Position numbers and translations under genes: made by a program
NCBI RefSeq assembly: GCF_009914755.1
Contig: NC_060929.1
Source: the human T2T-CHM13v2.0 reference genome, Homo sapiens
Reading direction: 5' to 3' (one strand)
Length of the DNA stretch: 64,000 nt
Shown here: piece by piece, positions 33,442 to 45,169 of the stretch
How positions within the stretch are numbered: the first letter of the stretch is position 1
How the letters are laid out: every line of letters starts with the position of its first letter
The notes under the pieces: generated by a model
Database searches by the model: none
What the model was told of the DNA's origin: nothing
Seen by the model: the letters and a program-made list of their open reading frames with translations, nothing else

Positions 33442-35199
33442 AGACGGCAAAAAGCTTATTCCTGCAATGTTTGGGCTGACCCTAAATATTGACCTTTAGC
33501 TGGGTAAAATAACTAGCAATCCAATGTGAGAAGAGACTCAACTACCCCTGAGACTCATGAGGAGAGAGAAAGTCACTCTATTATAACCTCTTCTCTCAGT
33601 AGAATTTTGTCAAGTAACAGCCTCTCCAGCACTTTTGACTATGAAAGAGAGCAAAATAAACAGCTTAGCATAATATTCAAGAACCCATGTAACTGACACA
33701 ATGTGTTACAAAAAAAAAAAACAAGGTTTAATAAAATACAGAGGCCCCAAGGTTGTAGGGTCCTTGTCATAATAAGCATCCACTGGGAATGTCAGGGGGC
33801 ATGCACTCTCCTAATAGCTCTCTCCTTGCTGTCTTCTCCATCTTGCTTTTTTTCCCTTTGCTGTGCCTTGAGTCTCTGGGGTTTTTACAAAGAAATAACT
33901 TACAATGTATTCTGAGTTAGGTCAACCTGCTCGATGCAACATCTTAAAGAAACAGAGTAAGAAGCTACCTAAACTATGCAAAGGTAAGCAAAGAGTTAGC
34001 TGAATTGCAATATAGAGAAATAAATAAATAAAACCAAGACAAAAGAAAAGTAAAACTTCGGTTGGTTTCAGTGTTTATGTGCTTAAGACCAACCAGGTAG
34101 CTTTCAAATATTCCATTTTTGCCATGAAGTCATGACCTCAGACAATTGTTTCAAACCCACTGCAAGGACAAAGCCCAACTGGTACATCTTCTATCACCCT
34201 TTTAGATGCAAGTAAAGACACAGCTCTGGTGGACATTTGCCCTTTTGCAGCCATTAGTCATGAAAATCACTTAGTAACTATCTTGCAGTCCCTTAGAATG
34301 AATGCTTCTTTTGGAGTCATTTGTCTATTTTAATGTTTATTTTATGGCCACCTAGAAATCTAGTCAATTATTTGTATCCTAGTTGTTCTTAACTGATACT
34401 TCCAGAAAACCAAAAAGTGTTAAGGGATAGAAATCCAATGTCATAGTGCCAACATCAGCGTAAATCAGTGTATCAGTTATAAATTGTGTCCAGCGACTCA
34501 TAATAGAAACAGGTCATATCTCTGAAAATGATAGAGATTTACTTTACTCTCATGTAAAAGAAGACTGGAAGTGCTTCAAGTAGTCATCAATGTTTCCAGA
34601 CTCTACTCAAAGTTACCTAAAGATACATAATATTCCTACATAATAGCCATAGCAGCTCCAGCTATTATCTCCACACTCCAAGCAAAAGAAAAGAAAAAGG
34701 GCAAAAGGCAAGAAGGATGCTCTTCCCAGCGAAATCAGCTCTTTCTGAAGTGGTTCCCAGAAGATTCACCCAATTCCTTCTATGTAAATCTTATCAGCCA
34801 CTCCAAAGGAGTCTGGGAAACCTGATTTTTGGCTGAATAATTTGCCACCCCTAAGGTTCTGTTTATAAAAAAGAAGACAGTGGCTATTGAGTAGGCACCT
34901 TACAGTTTCTGCCTCAGTTGGCAGAAGAAATATTGTTATTCCAGAAAGTAAGAGTGTGAGCATGTCTAAATCAGCTTATTTCACAAAACTATGTGGAGCA
35001 TGAAGCTTTCTAAACATATGGAGCAACCGGATCACTCTGATGCAGAAGACTAAGGAAAGCCCTAAGGGCAGACGTCAACACATTGATGATTTTTCCCTTT
35101 TCACCTCTGTTCACCCAAACCAAATAAGGCTCACTTTTCCACGGGCAGTTATGAAGGATGCCCTCAGTGCAGGCAAACATAACCTAAAATAATCTAGGC

Positions 35200-35422
35200 C
35201 TGGGACATCAGACCACACCAAATGGACCAAATTTGGCCCTCCACCTGGTTTTGTAAATAACATTTTACTGGAAAACAACCACATACGTGTATTTCTATAT
35301 GGTCTGTGGCGGCTTTCACATTACAACTCAAAAGTTAAATAGTTGCATCATAGACCTTCTGGCCCATGAAGCCTAAATTTCCTACTCTCTGGCCTTATAT
35401 AGAAACACTTTGCTGACCTCCG
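35200..35422. mobile_element. MER58A-like hAT DNA transposon
   Basis: ccaaatttggccctccacctggttttgtaaataacattttactggaaaacaacc...tagaaacactttgctgacctc. Confidence 0.75.
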
Positions 35423-36669
35423 GGACTATGCAAAAGATAAGAACAACAGTAATAGGAAACATTTACTGCACACTTACTCTGTCCCATGTTCTCTGCTAAA
35501 AGGGTGGCCTGTGTTTTGCAAGTTTTTCAAAGTCAGTTTGTTTAGAGCAGAAAATTTGTCTGGTATAAAATAAGTCTTGATAACAATTCTTATAGGTTAC
35601 AGACATAGCTATATCCACTTTTTACAAAATAAGGAAACTGAGGTACAGAGAGATTTGGAGGTTGTCTCAGTTCACAAATTGGTAGCAAAACCAAGATTCT
35701 GAGCAGGGCCTGTTGCATCTGCCAGTCCCCCAGCAGCCTTTTGTAAATTATCCACAACATCTCAGAAAATGTTCATTTTTTAAACAGGAAACCCCTGTGG
35801 TCACCACAGGGCACTCATTTATAAAAACTGGGTCAAGCTTATTAGCAATATTGAGTCCAAAGCACACTAAGTAAGAAGGACTGATGCTGTTTGTTACTGA
35901 AGAGCATTTGCCTGCTCCTCCCTCGGTGTGAAGAACTCCTGTCCAAGCTAGAGGGGTAACTGCAGAGGGGACACACACTAAGCAGAGCTTCCAAAGAAAG
36001 TAAGAAGAGCTGTCATCCACCTCTCAACAGAGAACTGTCCTGCTCTCTCAAACTACACTTTTTAGTTTGGGAAATTTTAATTCTATTTGACTTCAGGTTA
36101 CAAGAAAATATACAAGAATTTTAAAACTATTCTCAGACTGCAGGAAAAACAAGATGCTGAGTGGCAATGGAATTATGGCTAAAAATGTGGGAGACAATCT
36201 GCTCTAAAGAATATCATAAATTGAACAAGTGTTCATGGGATTGAGAATCCCGTGAGAAGCCAACACGTGGCCATTTCTACAGTTCAGTGTCTTGTAATGC
36301 CATCTTCTCCCAAATGCCATTCTGTTGACTTCTGAAATATAGAAAACTGCTCTTGTGAACCTTGATATGTTTTCTTTATACAAAGCTGTCTGATATCAGA
36401 ATAAAGAGCAACATGTTACAAGGAAAATTCTTATTTCATTCATCCAGAGATTAAAGCAATGGTTGAAGCCAAAAGTGTTATTCCACGAGCTAAACACTCC
36501 CACTCCTTGCTCTTGAGCACCTCACCACCACCTCCACAAGTTACAGCAGACGTTGGCCCTCTTGGGACCAAGCATACCTTCCATCCAGACACCCAGATTT
36601 TCCTCTATTCCTTATTCAATTATAAGCCTCCTCATCTTGATCAACTTCTGAACAGCAATCGTCACTGCT

Positions 36670-37160
36670 GAGCTGAATATTGTTTGCCTGTGTGCTTCTC
36701 CTGATCCATTCCCCACCCACATCTGTGCTACAAGAGGTCGACCTCCATAAACTGTGTTAACCACACTTCCTTGCTTGCTGGCTTCCAGCTGGATTCCACC
36801 ACTGGGAGGCATCAGTAGAAGATCAGAGGAGAGGAGGAGATAGAGGCTGGAGTATTTATTTCCCCAGCTTCCTTTCTGCCAAGCCACAGTTTTTCAGTGA
36901 CCATATCCTTCACCAAAGGCAGCCCTCCCTACAGAAATGCTTTGATTGAGATATGAAAACCACTCCTCCTTTTGCCCCTTTAAGGCTATGGGTAACACCT
37001 TTCTTGTCCCTTCTGACTGTGGCATTGCTGGGTGTCTCATTATGCTTTCTCTATATTCCTTATTCCTACCCACACTTCTGTGAATTGTCCTTCATTAAAC
37101 TCTTTTCTGTTACTACCTTTGAATGTGCCATCAATTTCCTGCCAAGACACTGATTGGTAC
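36670..37160 (+). mobile_element. ERVL LTR fossil (LTR33-like)
   Basis: ctggcttccagctggattccaccactgggaggcatcagtagaagatcagagg...cttcattaaactctt...tttgaatgtgccatc...ctgattggtaca. Confidence 0.65.
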
Positions 37161-37603
37161 AATATCTTTATCCTGGATGGTATCTGATTTTGCATAAGGA
37201 AACCTACCCCTCTTGCAGTCTTCTCAGATGAAAGCACCTCTTACCCCAAATTCTAAGTATTAAGGAACCTCACAGATTTTAAGATGCACCCTGTCACCTC
37301 CACATCATGACCTATATCCACATCCTTCTTTGAAGCACAGCCTAGCTGGACAAACTTCCTATGTTTCTCTTTGGTTCTGTCAGTTTATAAATCACTGACA
37401 CTCTGAATGTTGCCTCAGAGATGTACTCTCCATTTCAAGTGGTGTCATCAATCTGGGAAAACCCAGAGCTCATCTAGACAATCCATCCAACAGGCAGCTA
37501 TGAAGTTCCTGGAGCTCCTTGATTTCTACCAACTCAACTCCATCTGTTTGTTGTCTCGGCATTCCCTCCCAACCAAATCTGGTCTCCTCTGAAAGTCCAA
37601 ACT

Positions 37604-37903
37604 TCTTTTTTTTTTTTTCTGAGACAGGGTCTCACTCTGTTGCCCAGGCTGGAGCACAGTGGTGTCATCATAGCTCACTGCAGCCTCAATCTCCTGGGCA
37701 CAAGTGATCCTCCCACCGAAACCTCCCGAGTAGCTAGGACTACAGGTGCACACCACAATACCCAACTAATTTTTTCTTATTTTTAGTAGAGACAGGATCT
37801 TGCTATGTTGCCCAGGCTGGTCTTGAACTCCTAAGCTCAAGCAATCCTCCCACCTTGGCCTTCCAAAATGCTGAGATTACAGACATGAGCCACGGTGCCC
37901 AGA
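37604..37903 (-). mobile_element. AluJ
   Basis: gagacagggtctcactctgttgcccagg...catagctcactgcagcctcaatctcctggg are AluJ diagnostics; near-TSD ctgaaagt(c/t)caaa on both sides. Confidence 0.92.
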
Positions 37904-37919
37904 CTGAAAGTTCAAAATT

Positions 37920-39950
37920 CAAGATTGACTTTATCTGCAGTGTTCAGTTCCATTATTCCAACTTGCTTCTGACCTTATGGTACCTCCAGACTTTTGGCCC
38001 TACATTTTCACCCCAGCCATTACCTACCTCATTCTCCCTTCTGGATCTACTTCCTTTCTTATCCATTTTACACACTCTGCCCATCTTTCTGACCATCTGG
38101 TACCAGTGCCTCCCTTCTTGACCCTCATTTTTCAACCTCCCACCATCTCAGAATAATAGCTAACTTGGTTCAATTTGCCCATGTTCCATGTACTTAACGG
38201 CAGACTGAAGTGCAGCTGAATAAACCCACATGCCAGCATGGACAGGTGTCACTGTATTTATTCTTTAACCACAGCTAGGCCTTCTGCAACACACAACTCA
38301 ACTTTTATATGATGTTGGTCAGGTTCTTATTCCAGTCTCCTCAGAGGCTAATCCAAACTTTTGCCACTCCAGACCTTGCCTTGAAAGACCCAGAAAAAAA
38401 TGGAGCCACCAGTTATGAACAAATTCACATCATCCTCCTCCAAATCTATAAAAGTATAGCGCTCTAAGGGCATCCTGACTTCATCCTCCCTCCTCCCTCC
38501 TCCAAGAGATTGCTGAACTTCCTCCCATCTAAGGATGCCCTCTCTACCTGCAACACAGAGGCCTACCCCTCTAAGATTCTCAGCCATCAGTTATGCCCTT
38601 TTCCTCCTCTCCAGCAGCTCCTTCTTTTAGTTCATGAATCCGCTGTGGTCCCTCAGTCCTGGACTCCCTCTAGCTATCACCCCTCAAAGTCAAACTATTT
38701 TAAAGAATTTCCAGATTTTCTACTTTCTCATGCCCCATTCATACTTCGGTCCATTTCAATATGGTCTTCACCCTGTCATTCCAACAAATATACTCTTCAA
38801 TAAGTCATTGCTAACCTGATTGCCAACTTCAACAGTCATTAGCCCTTAGTTCACTTCTCCAACTAGTTGACTATTGGTCATTCTTCCTTTTTAACACCCT
38901 TTCTCTCGATGGCTATAAATCTAACTCCCTGTCTCTCCTCCTCCCTCTTGGATCTGTCCTATTTTGTTTCTTCCTTGTCTTCACCTGCTTCTTAAGTGCT
39001 GTTTCTCAGGCTTCAGTTATCTTTCTCTTCTCACTATTCCACTATCTTATGGCAATCTCAGTCATATCCCCTGATACAATGATGACTAACAAATCTTTAT
39101 TCCAATGTAGGCACTCTCTGGAGCCAGATTTCTCACAAAACATGTGCACTTGGATGACCTACAGACACTTTCAGTTTAATGTTCCAGAGCCAAATTCATT
39201 ACCTATCTTCCTTACTCCTTGCTTCAGGAAACAGCAATACCATTTACCTGGGTCATTAACTGACCATTATCCTAGACTCTTCCTAACCCTTTACATCCAA
39301 ATAGCAGCTAAGTCCTATAGAGTTTCACTACCTTGACACATCCCGCATTTCCATTCCCTCATCTCCATTGCCATGGATACTGACTCAGCCTAGGACATGG
39401 TCACTTCTCATTTCCACCATTGCAAATGTCTCCTAGTTGGTTTCCTGCCCCTAGCTTTGCCCTCTGTACTTTGTCTTTCAAAAGACTGAGCAATCTTTAG
39501 AAAATGAAAACATGAACTTCATGATATAGTTTAAGACCCTTTGATGGTCCCCCATTGCATACAGGTAAAATGAAAGTTCTTAGCATTGAATTCATGCATT
39601 GGCCTTTCCTATGTCTCCAGCCATTTCTAGTAATTCTCCATCCATTCAAAATCTATCCTGCATCTCTACTCACTCACATTCCCCAAACACACCATAGCAT
39701 TCTGTATCTCTGTGCCTTTGTACATGTAGTCACACTTGCAGGTACACCTTCTTTTTCCTGTTGGCCCAGAGAAGTCCCACCCATCCTTCCATGATCATGT
39801 GGTGAAGTCCAAATAGCATTCACATTGCAAGACAATGTAATTCGTTTTCGAATTACTTGCCCTGCTAGACAGACTATAAGGTCCTTACGAGGAAGAGCTG
39901 TATCCTTTGCATTTACTATCACCATATCATCAGGGCTTAGCAGGAGGCTA
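37920..39950 (+). mobile_element. LINE-2 fragments
   Basis: Pyrimidine-rich L2 motifs (cacttggatgacctacagacact, tctcctagttggtttcctgcc, ctagacagactataaggtccttacgagg); boundaries approximate. Confidence 0.6.
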
Positions 39951-40811
39951 TTTTATTGCTATTAGAATTTATCATTGTCATTGCTATTGGGTAATTTTTA
40001 TCAGAATATAAATACAAATGTATGCCTGAAATTCAAATCTCAATATTTAAAACTTTCAATAACAAAATAGATTTTTGTGGTTGTAGGATTTGAGGAAAAA
40101 ATAAGTCAAAAAAAAAAAAACAGGTAAGAATTTCATCTACTTAATATGGTTTAAATACTCCCCAGACTGAAGGCAATAGAGATGGCTGCCTGGGTCATTG
40201 GTGTTGTCCTTTAATGAGAACGTAAAGGACCCGCTCAAGTCTCTGATGAATCAAATCAACTATTTGATATAATTTTGAACAAGCCATGTATGTACACTTT
40301 AATAAGCATCCTGATTTTTATTCTGATTCTCAGTTGTCAGTGTATAGCAGAAATAGCATAAGTTTAAGTATCAGACAAAGCAAGGTCTGAATGAAAGTTG
40401 AAATGTTTTATTGCTTTGTGACTTGGAAATGCTGAACCTCCCTGAAGCTCAGTTTTATCAGTGGTCATCAGGATCGTTAGAGCAATTCACCCAAACCCTT
40501 CACACTCAAATACCTAGTACCTAATGACTGCTCAGTAATGTTTACTTCCTTCCCCTTTACTGAATGAAATTTATTTTTGTACATTTTTATCTAAGCATTT
40601 TTTTTGCAAAGATTACAAAAATCTTTCCCAGTACCAAGCTCTTTCCTCTTGCACTGACAGCCTAGTGATGGCTTCTCTAGTCCAAGAACTCTCAAAAGAC
40701 TTTTAGATTTTCTTTTTAGAGAGTAACATCTACTGTCTTCTTTTCTCAGCTAAGACATACCAAGAAAAAAAAAAACATTAAATCATAGAATAGATAAAAA
40801 CATTGATTTAC

Positions 40812-41050
40812 CTTAAATGCTAACCTTTTGCCACCAGTTGCTTCGAACTGAAACTATGGACGCTGTCTCCTGCATCTAGGAAAACTGGTCCCTCCCAAGC
40901 CACCTTAGCCTCCTCCCTCTTACCTGTCTTCCTCAGGGGCCCTGGTCCACTCTCTTAGTATTAATTGGAGGACCTGGGATCACTGCTGCAGATTCACAGC
41001 CTGATTGGCTCAGCTCACTGTCAATCTCTACTCTGGTTCTGCCTTTTCTC
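40812..41050 (-). other. CAPSL: CAPSL non-coding exon 1 with two alternative 5' splice sites
   Basis: Donors CAG|gtaaga (exon end 40924) and AAG|gtaaat (exon end 40812); exon 2 begins with ATG so exon 1 must be 5' UTR; TSS (~41050) inferred from adjacent promoter motifs, not directly visible. Confidence 0.7.
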
Positions 41051-41078
41051 AAGTTTACACTCCTGTTGCCTAGGAAAT
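41001..41078. promoter_or_regulatory. CAPSL bidirectional promoter motifs: CCAAT box, forkhead-like site, RFX X-box
   Basis: ctgattggct (AGCCAATCAG on minus) 41001-41010; aagtttacac 41051-41060; GTTGCC-TA-GGAAAT 41065-41078 vs X-box consensus GTNRCC-N0-3-RGYAAC. Consistent with CAPSL being a motile-ciliated-cell gene. Confidence 0.55.
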
Positions 41079-41079
41079 C

Positions 41080-41666
41080 TCAGTGACTGTGAAAGCTCAA
41101 GCCATTTGCACTGGGAGAGAAGCCAGCCAGAAGTTTTGCTGGCAATGGTTTGGTTTCTAGAACAGCATCAAAACTTGTCTCCCATGTTTTGTAAGGTAGT
41201 ATTCAGCACATTGTCTTCTTTCTTTTAGGCAGCACCTTCCTGTCCTTCTGTAGTCCCCAGAAAGCTTACTGCTAGGGTGCCTCATTGCCAGGTGATACTT
41301 AAAACCACAACTCTTGGGAGCAGGCAGGGGTAATTATAGGTGATTCAAGGTTCTCCCTCCTTCTCTGCATTTGCAGAGGATGTCATTTCTGCTGTTTTCA
41401 TCCTTGGTTTCTTCTCTTCTTTTCTCTTTTTGTTTCTTTTTACTTATGTTTTTCACATGTTCCCTAGCAGTTACTTTGCCAGATAAGAAGAAATCTAGTG
41501 GCTTATTTGGAGGAAAATATCTACACTATGCTCTCTTTCATTGTGTATCTATGACATCCACCCTATCCTTGTCATTCCCACTCCTGCACGTCCTGCTTTC
41601 AGGAGCAGGCAGGTATAATTAGTGGTGATTCAGACCTTACACCTCTCTCTTTCTCTCTCTCTCTCT

Positions 41667-41703
<37 letters not shown>

Positions 41704-42260
41704 CTCTGTATATAACATAATCCTGGCTGTGTGCAACATCCTTGCAGTATAAGAACTCACAAAACGGAATAGATGCCAGGCACCCAGCTCTGCAGACTAC
41801 TAGGCAAGTTCTTTCATGGATTTGACAAGGGCTTGGGTCCTTTGCTATATCTGCAGGGAGTATACATAGTAGCTATTTCATCCTTTTATCTGAATTGTCT
41901 GAAGAATTGTCCCAGAATTAAGCAATTAGAAGTGTGGTTCTTCCAGGGCAACCTCAGATGTCTAATGTTTTCTTTTCAGTGGTTTAACCCACAAGATATC
42001 ACGCATTTGAAACTTTTAAGAAGAAACTTAATTTCATCTGTGAATGCAGAAGCAAATATGAGGGCATGGGCATTTAAATATGAAGTATTTCTTGAAAGCC
42101 ACCTACTGGAGAGTAAGTTTGGTGCAATAATTTAAGAAAAGATAAAAAAGAAACAGGAAAATTGGGACAACGGACAGCATGATGGAGCCACCGTGCAAGC
42201 CCTCAATAGTCTGCCTCCAGGTTGTGTCAAATAAAGTAAAAAGAACAAAATCTCTGGAGT
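41080..42260 (+). ncRNA. Probable divergent lncRNA (I recall an annotated CAPSL divergent transcript here; exon structure inferred)
   Basis: Head-to-head with CAPSL exon 1; candidate donors at 41191-41200; strong acceptor ctaat-gttttcttttcag|41980; AATAAA 42230-42235. Confidence 0.45.
41643..41702. repeat. Compound (CT)n-(CA)n microsatellite
   Basis: Directly visible. Confidence 0.95.
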
Positions 42261-43080
42261 ACTTAAGCAATGCTTTTGCTTGTTTCCACTGCTAGCAACT
42301 GGTGTAATTCCAAGGGTTTTACCAGTTCAAAAAACTGGATCTGGGTTTGTGGTATTGGGTTTCTGACAATCAATATAAAATATTGATTATATTTTAAGGC
42401 ATAAGTACTCTTTCCAGTGGTAAAGAAGACAATGATAGTCTATGGTGTAATACGGTAAAAAGATTTGTAAAATATTACTACTGGATTCCTAATCAAATAT
42501 TCATAAATGGCAAATCTCTGGGTAATCATGATAGCTTAAAATATTTTAGTCAAACTAATAAATGTAATGAGGATGACTGCTTGTAACTGTGGTAGACAAA
42601 GTAAAGAAAAATGATGAACTCAGGGCTTGAAATTCCAAGTTCAAGCTCCACATAAATGATCTGAAACCTTCTATGTCTTCCTGGAGGAACGTACTTATCT
42701 CCCATTGTCATCAGCCTGAGGTTTCAGAAAATCAAATCTGGAGTCTCATCCTGAGAGTGGCAGAATTACAGTGCAAATTGAATTCCCAACCAGGCAAAGT
42801 ATCTTCTGCTAAACTGAGGGAATTGATTAGGAAGGAATGAGATTCTGAAAATCGGAATGAAACCTGTAGGGTAGATCCTGATGAAGCTGAGGACACTTAA
42901 CCTCTAAATTCTCCTGCATCTTCTTTGCCAGTAGGAGCAACCCTGCTATTCATGTCTGAGAAGGTTCATCCTGATTTTTCAAAGGAAAGTGTACTAGCAC
43001 CTCTGAGGTATTTTAACTGGAAGACACTGCTGATTATCCTCAGAACCTACTTCCACCAAACCTCTTGGCTTGTAGAACTA

Positions 43081-43146
43081 TATCATCTATATCTATATCT
43101 ATATCTATATCTATCTATATCTATATCTATCTATATCTATATCTAT
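43081..43146. repeat. (ATCTAT)n / (ATCT)n microsatellite
   Basis: Directly visible. Confidence 0.93.
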
Positions 43147-43591
43147 AAATAAGACTCTAGTCCCAACAGGCTTGAAAGAGAGATTAAAATTGCGAACCAA
43201 TGGGAGACATACTACATTCCAAAAGTAATGCGTATTTTTTCAATTTATACAGACAGAAATCTGGTGAATACATGTGAGAATGTAAGTTAATAGTGTGAAA
43301 TAATGGTAGAAGGAACATAAAGTTGACTCAAGGTGAATTTATTGATACAGGCCCACAAAGCACAAATTCTCAATATAGAGTTGCAGCTCGATGGGTTTGG
43401 TTGAGTTAAGGATGAAACAAAGGGTGGCCTACGCTAAATGAAGCTGAAATACCAGAATTACCTTGGGACACTGAAGAGGAAGGTATCTAAAGGCTTAGGG
43501 AGACTGAAATGTTGGACTGGATTTATCATGCAAGACCTGATTACTAAGGGAAATTGAGTTGCTACTACACATTGATGTAAAGAGTAAGCCT

Positions 43592-43932
43592 TAAAAGGAA
43601 CAAAATCATGTGATTTGCAGGGACACGGATGGAGCTGGAAGCCATCCTCAGCAAACTAATGCAGGAACAGAAAACCAAATACTACATGTTCTCACTTATA
43701 AATAGGAGCTGAATAATAAGAACACATGAACACTCGGAGGGGAACAACACACACTGGGGCCTGTCACAGGGTGTGGGGAGAGGAGGGAGAGGATCAGGAA
43801 GAATAGCTAATGGATGCTGGGCTCAATACCTAGGTGATGGGAGGATCTGTGCAGCAAACCACCATGGCACACATTTACCTGTGTAACAAACCTGCACATA
43901 TACCCCAGAACATAAAATAAAAGTTGGAAAAA
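43592..43932 (+). mobile_element. 5'-truncated L1PA (older primate subfamily, ~L1PA13-15-like) 3' UTR
   Basis: ggatggagctggaagccatcctcagcaaactaatgcaggaacagaaaacc...ggatcaggaagaatagctaatggatgctgggc...aaaataaaagttggaaaaa. Confidence 0.85.
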
Positions 43933-44499
43933 GAGTAGCGAATACTATGTTTTCATCTTCTTTGTAGCACTTGTCACAGCTGCAATCATTTCGTTGGTTT
44001 ACTGTTATAGGTCATTAAAAAGAAGAGTAAGCCTGGAATAAAGGAACTCTGTTAACACATCACTAATTATGCCCATGCCCTTTTATTAAAGTCAACAAAA
44101 AATCTACAATAACCCAATTCAGTAAGGAAAACTAATAACCCCAACTCTTCAAGAATGAATATTTGGGTCCCCTTCCCAATCAGGCAAAAAGTCAATTGCG
44201 GTACTTGCTGAGGGCAAAGGTATATGAAATACAAATGCTAGCTATCACCATATGATCAGTTGCAAAAGGATTGTAAATGTTTTGAGTATTTACCTTGTAT
44301 TTTGTTATGAATTTGTGTGTGTAGAATACTATCGTATTCTTCTCACTTTATCTCCTTAAAATCTAATATATTACTTCACAGTATTTATGTTACAGAATAT
44401 CAAGAATAAGAGTGAACATCACCCAAGGACCTCCACTCTGGGGAAGAGTTAGTATATTCCCAGTATGCTATAGAAGAGTTGTATAAAACTGTGTTTTTT

Positions 44500-44775
44500 G
44501 ACATATGCCATTGTACCTAGTTATTAAATCAAAACCTAATCTATGTGTTGCTCTTATGTTATTTTTTAGACGTGATTAATATCTGCAATAAGTTTCTTTG
44601 AAGATATTCTGCCTCAGGACTGGAATATCAGTTCCCACCCAAGAGTTTCCAGCCTGCTGGCCTGCTCTACAGATTTCAGATTGCCAACTCTTAAAATTCC
44701 AGAATCATTTATGCCAATTCCTTGAAAAAAAAAGGTACCTTACTGCTCTGTTTTAATGAGGAACCCTGACTGATA
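44500..44775 (+). mobile_element. MLT2-type ERVL LTR (3' LTR of the ERVL remnant)
   Basis: gagtttccagcctgctggcctgctctacagatttcaga...gccaattccttgaaa...gaaccctgactgata. Confidence 0.7.
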
Positions 44776-45169
44776 GACTTTGCAAAGGAATTGGCTCTAT
44801 CTTCAACAAAAACTATGGAGTGGTTCCAGCCTAAGAGAACTCAAACAGAAAAAAACAAAGAAACGGTGGACTTAGCTGTGAAAGGCAGTTGGTAGGCGAT
44901 GGGTAGATTCATTGGAGATACAAGTGAAACTGTAGGGTGACTAACTTGCCAGAGGAAACTGGGAAAAGAGACAGCTGGGAGGGGCCCTTCTTAGGTCCGA
45001 AAAAAATCTCAAACATTGTCTTTAAAAACCATCTTTTTAAAGGAATCTGAATTTGGTTGGATCAACCTGTTTTATACTAGATCATTGATAAAAACAATAT
45101 GGCAATCAGCCGATGATTACTAGACCTAAATCCAGGGATGGTCGGATAAAAGAAAATCACAGTCAAGCC

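Larger units (their letters stand above)
42540..44500 (+). mobile_element. ERVL internal fragments (gag-like, then pol/dUTPase 3' end), interrupted by an L1 insertion
   Basis: gatcctgatgaagctgaggacact, ggtggcctacgctaaatgaagctgaaataccagaa and gtacttgctgagggcaaagg are HERV-L/ERVL-int motifs. Confidence 0.7.

Noticed and set aside
41773-42135. 120-aa ORF in the divergent transcript region
   Set aside because: No recognisable domain; the paralogous copy at 55.1-55.5 kb does not preserve the frame.
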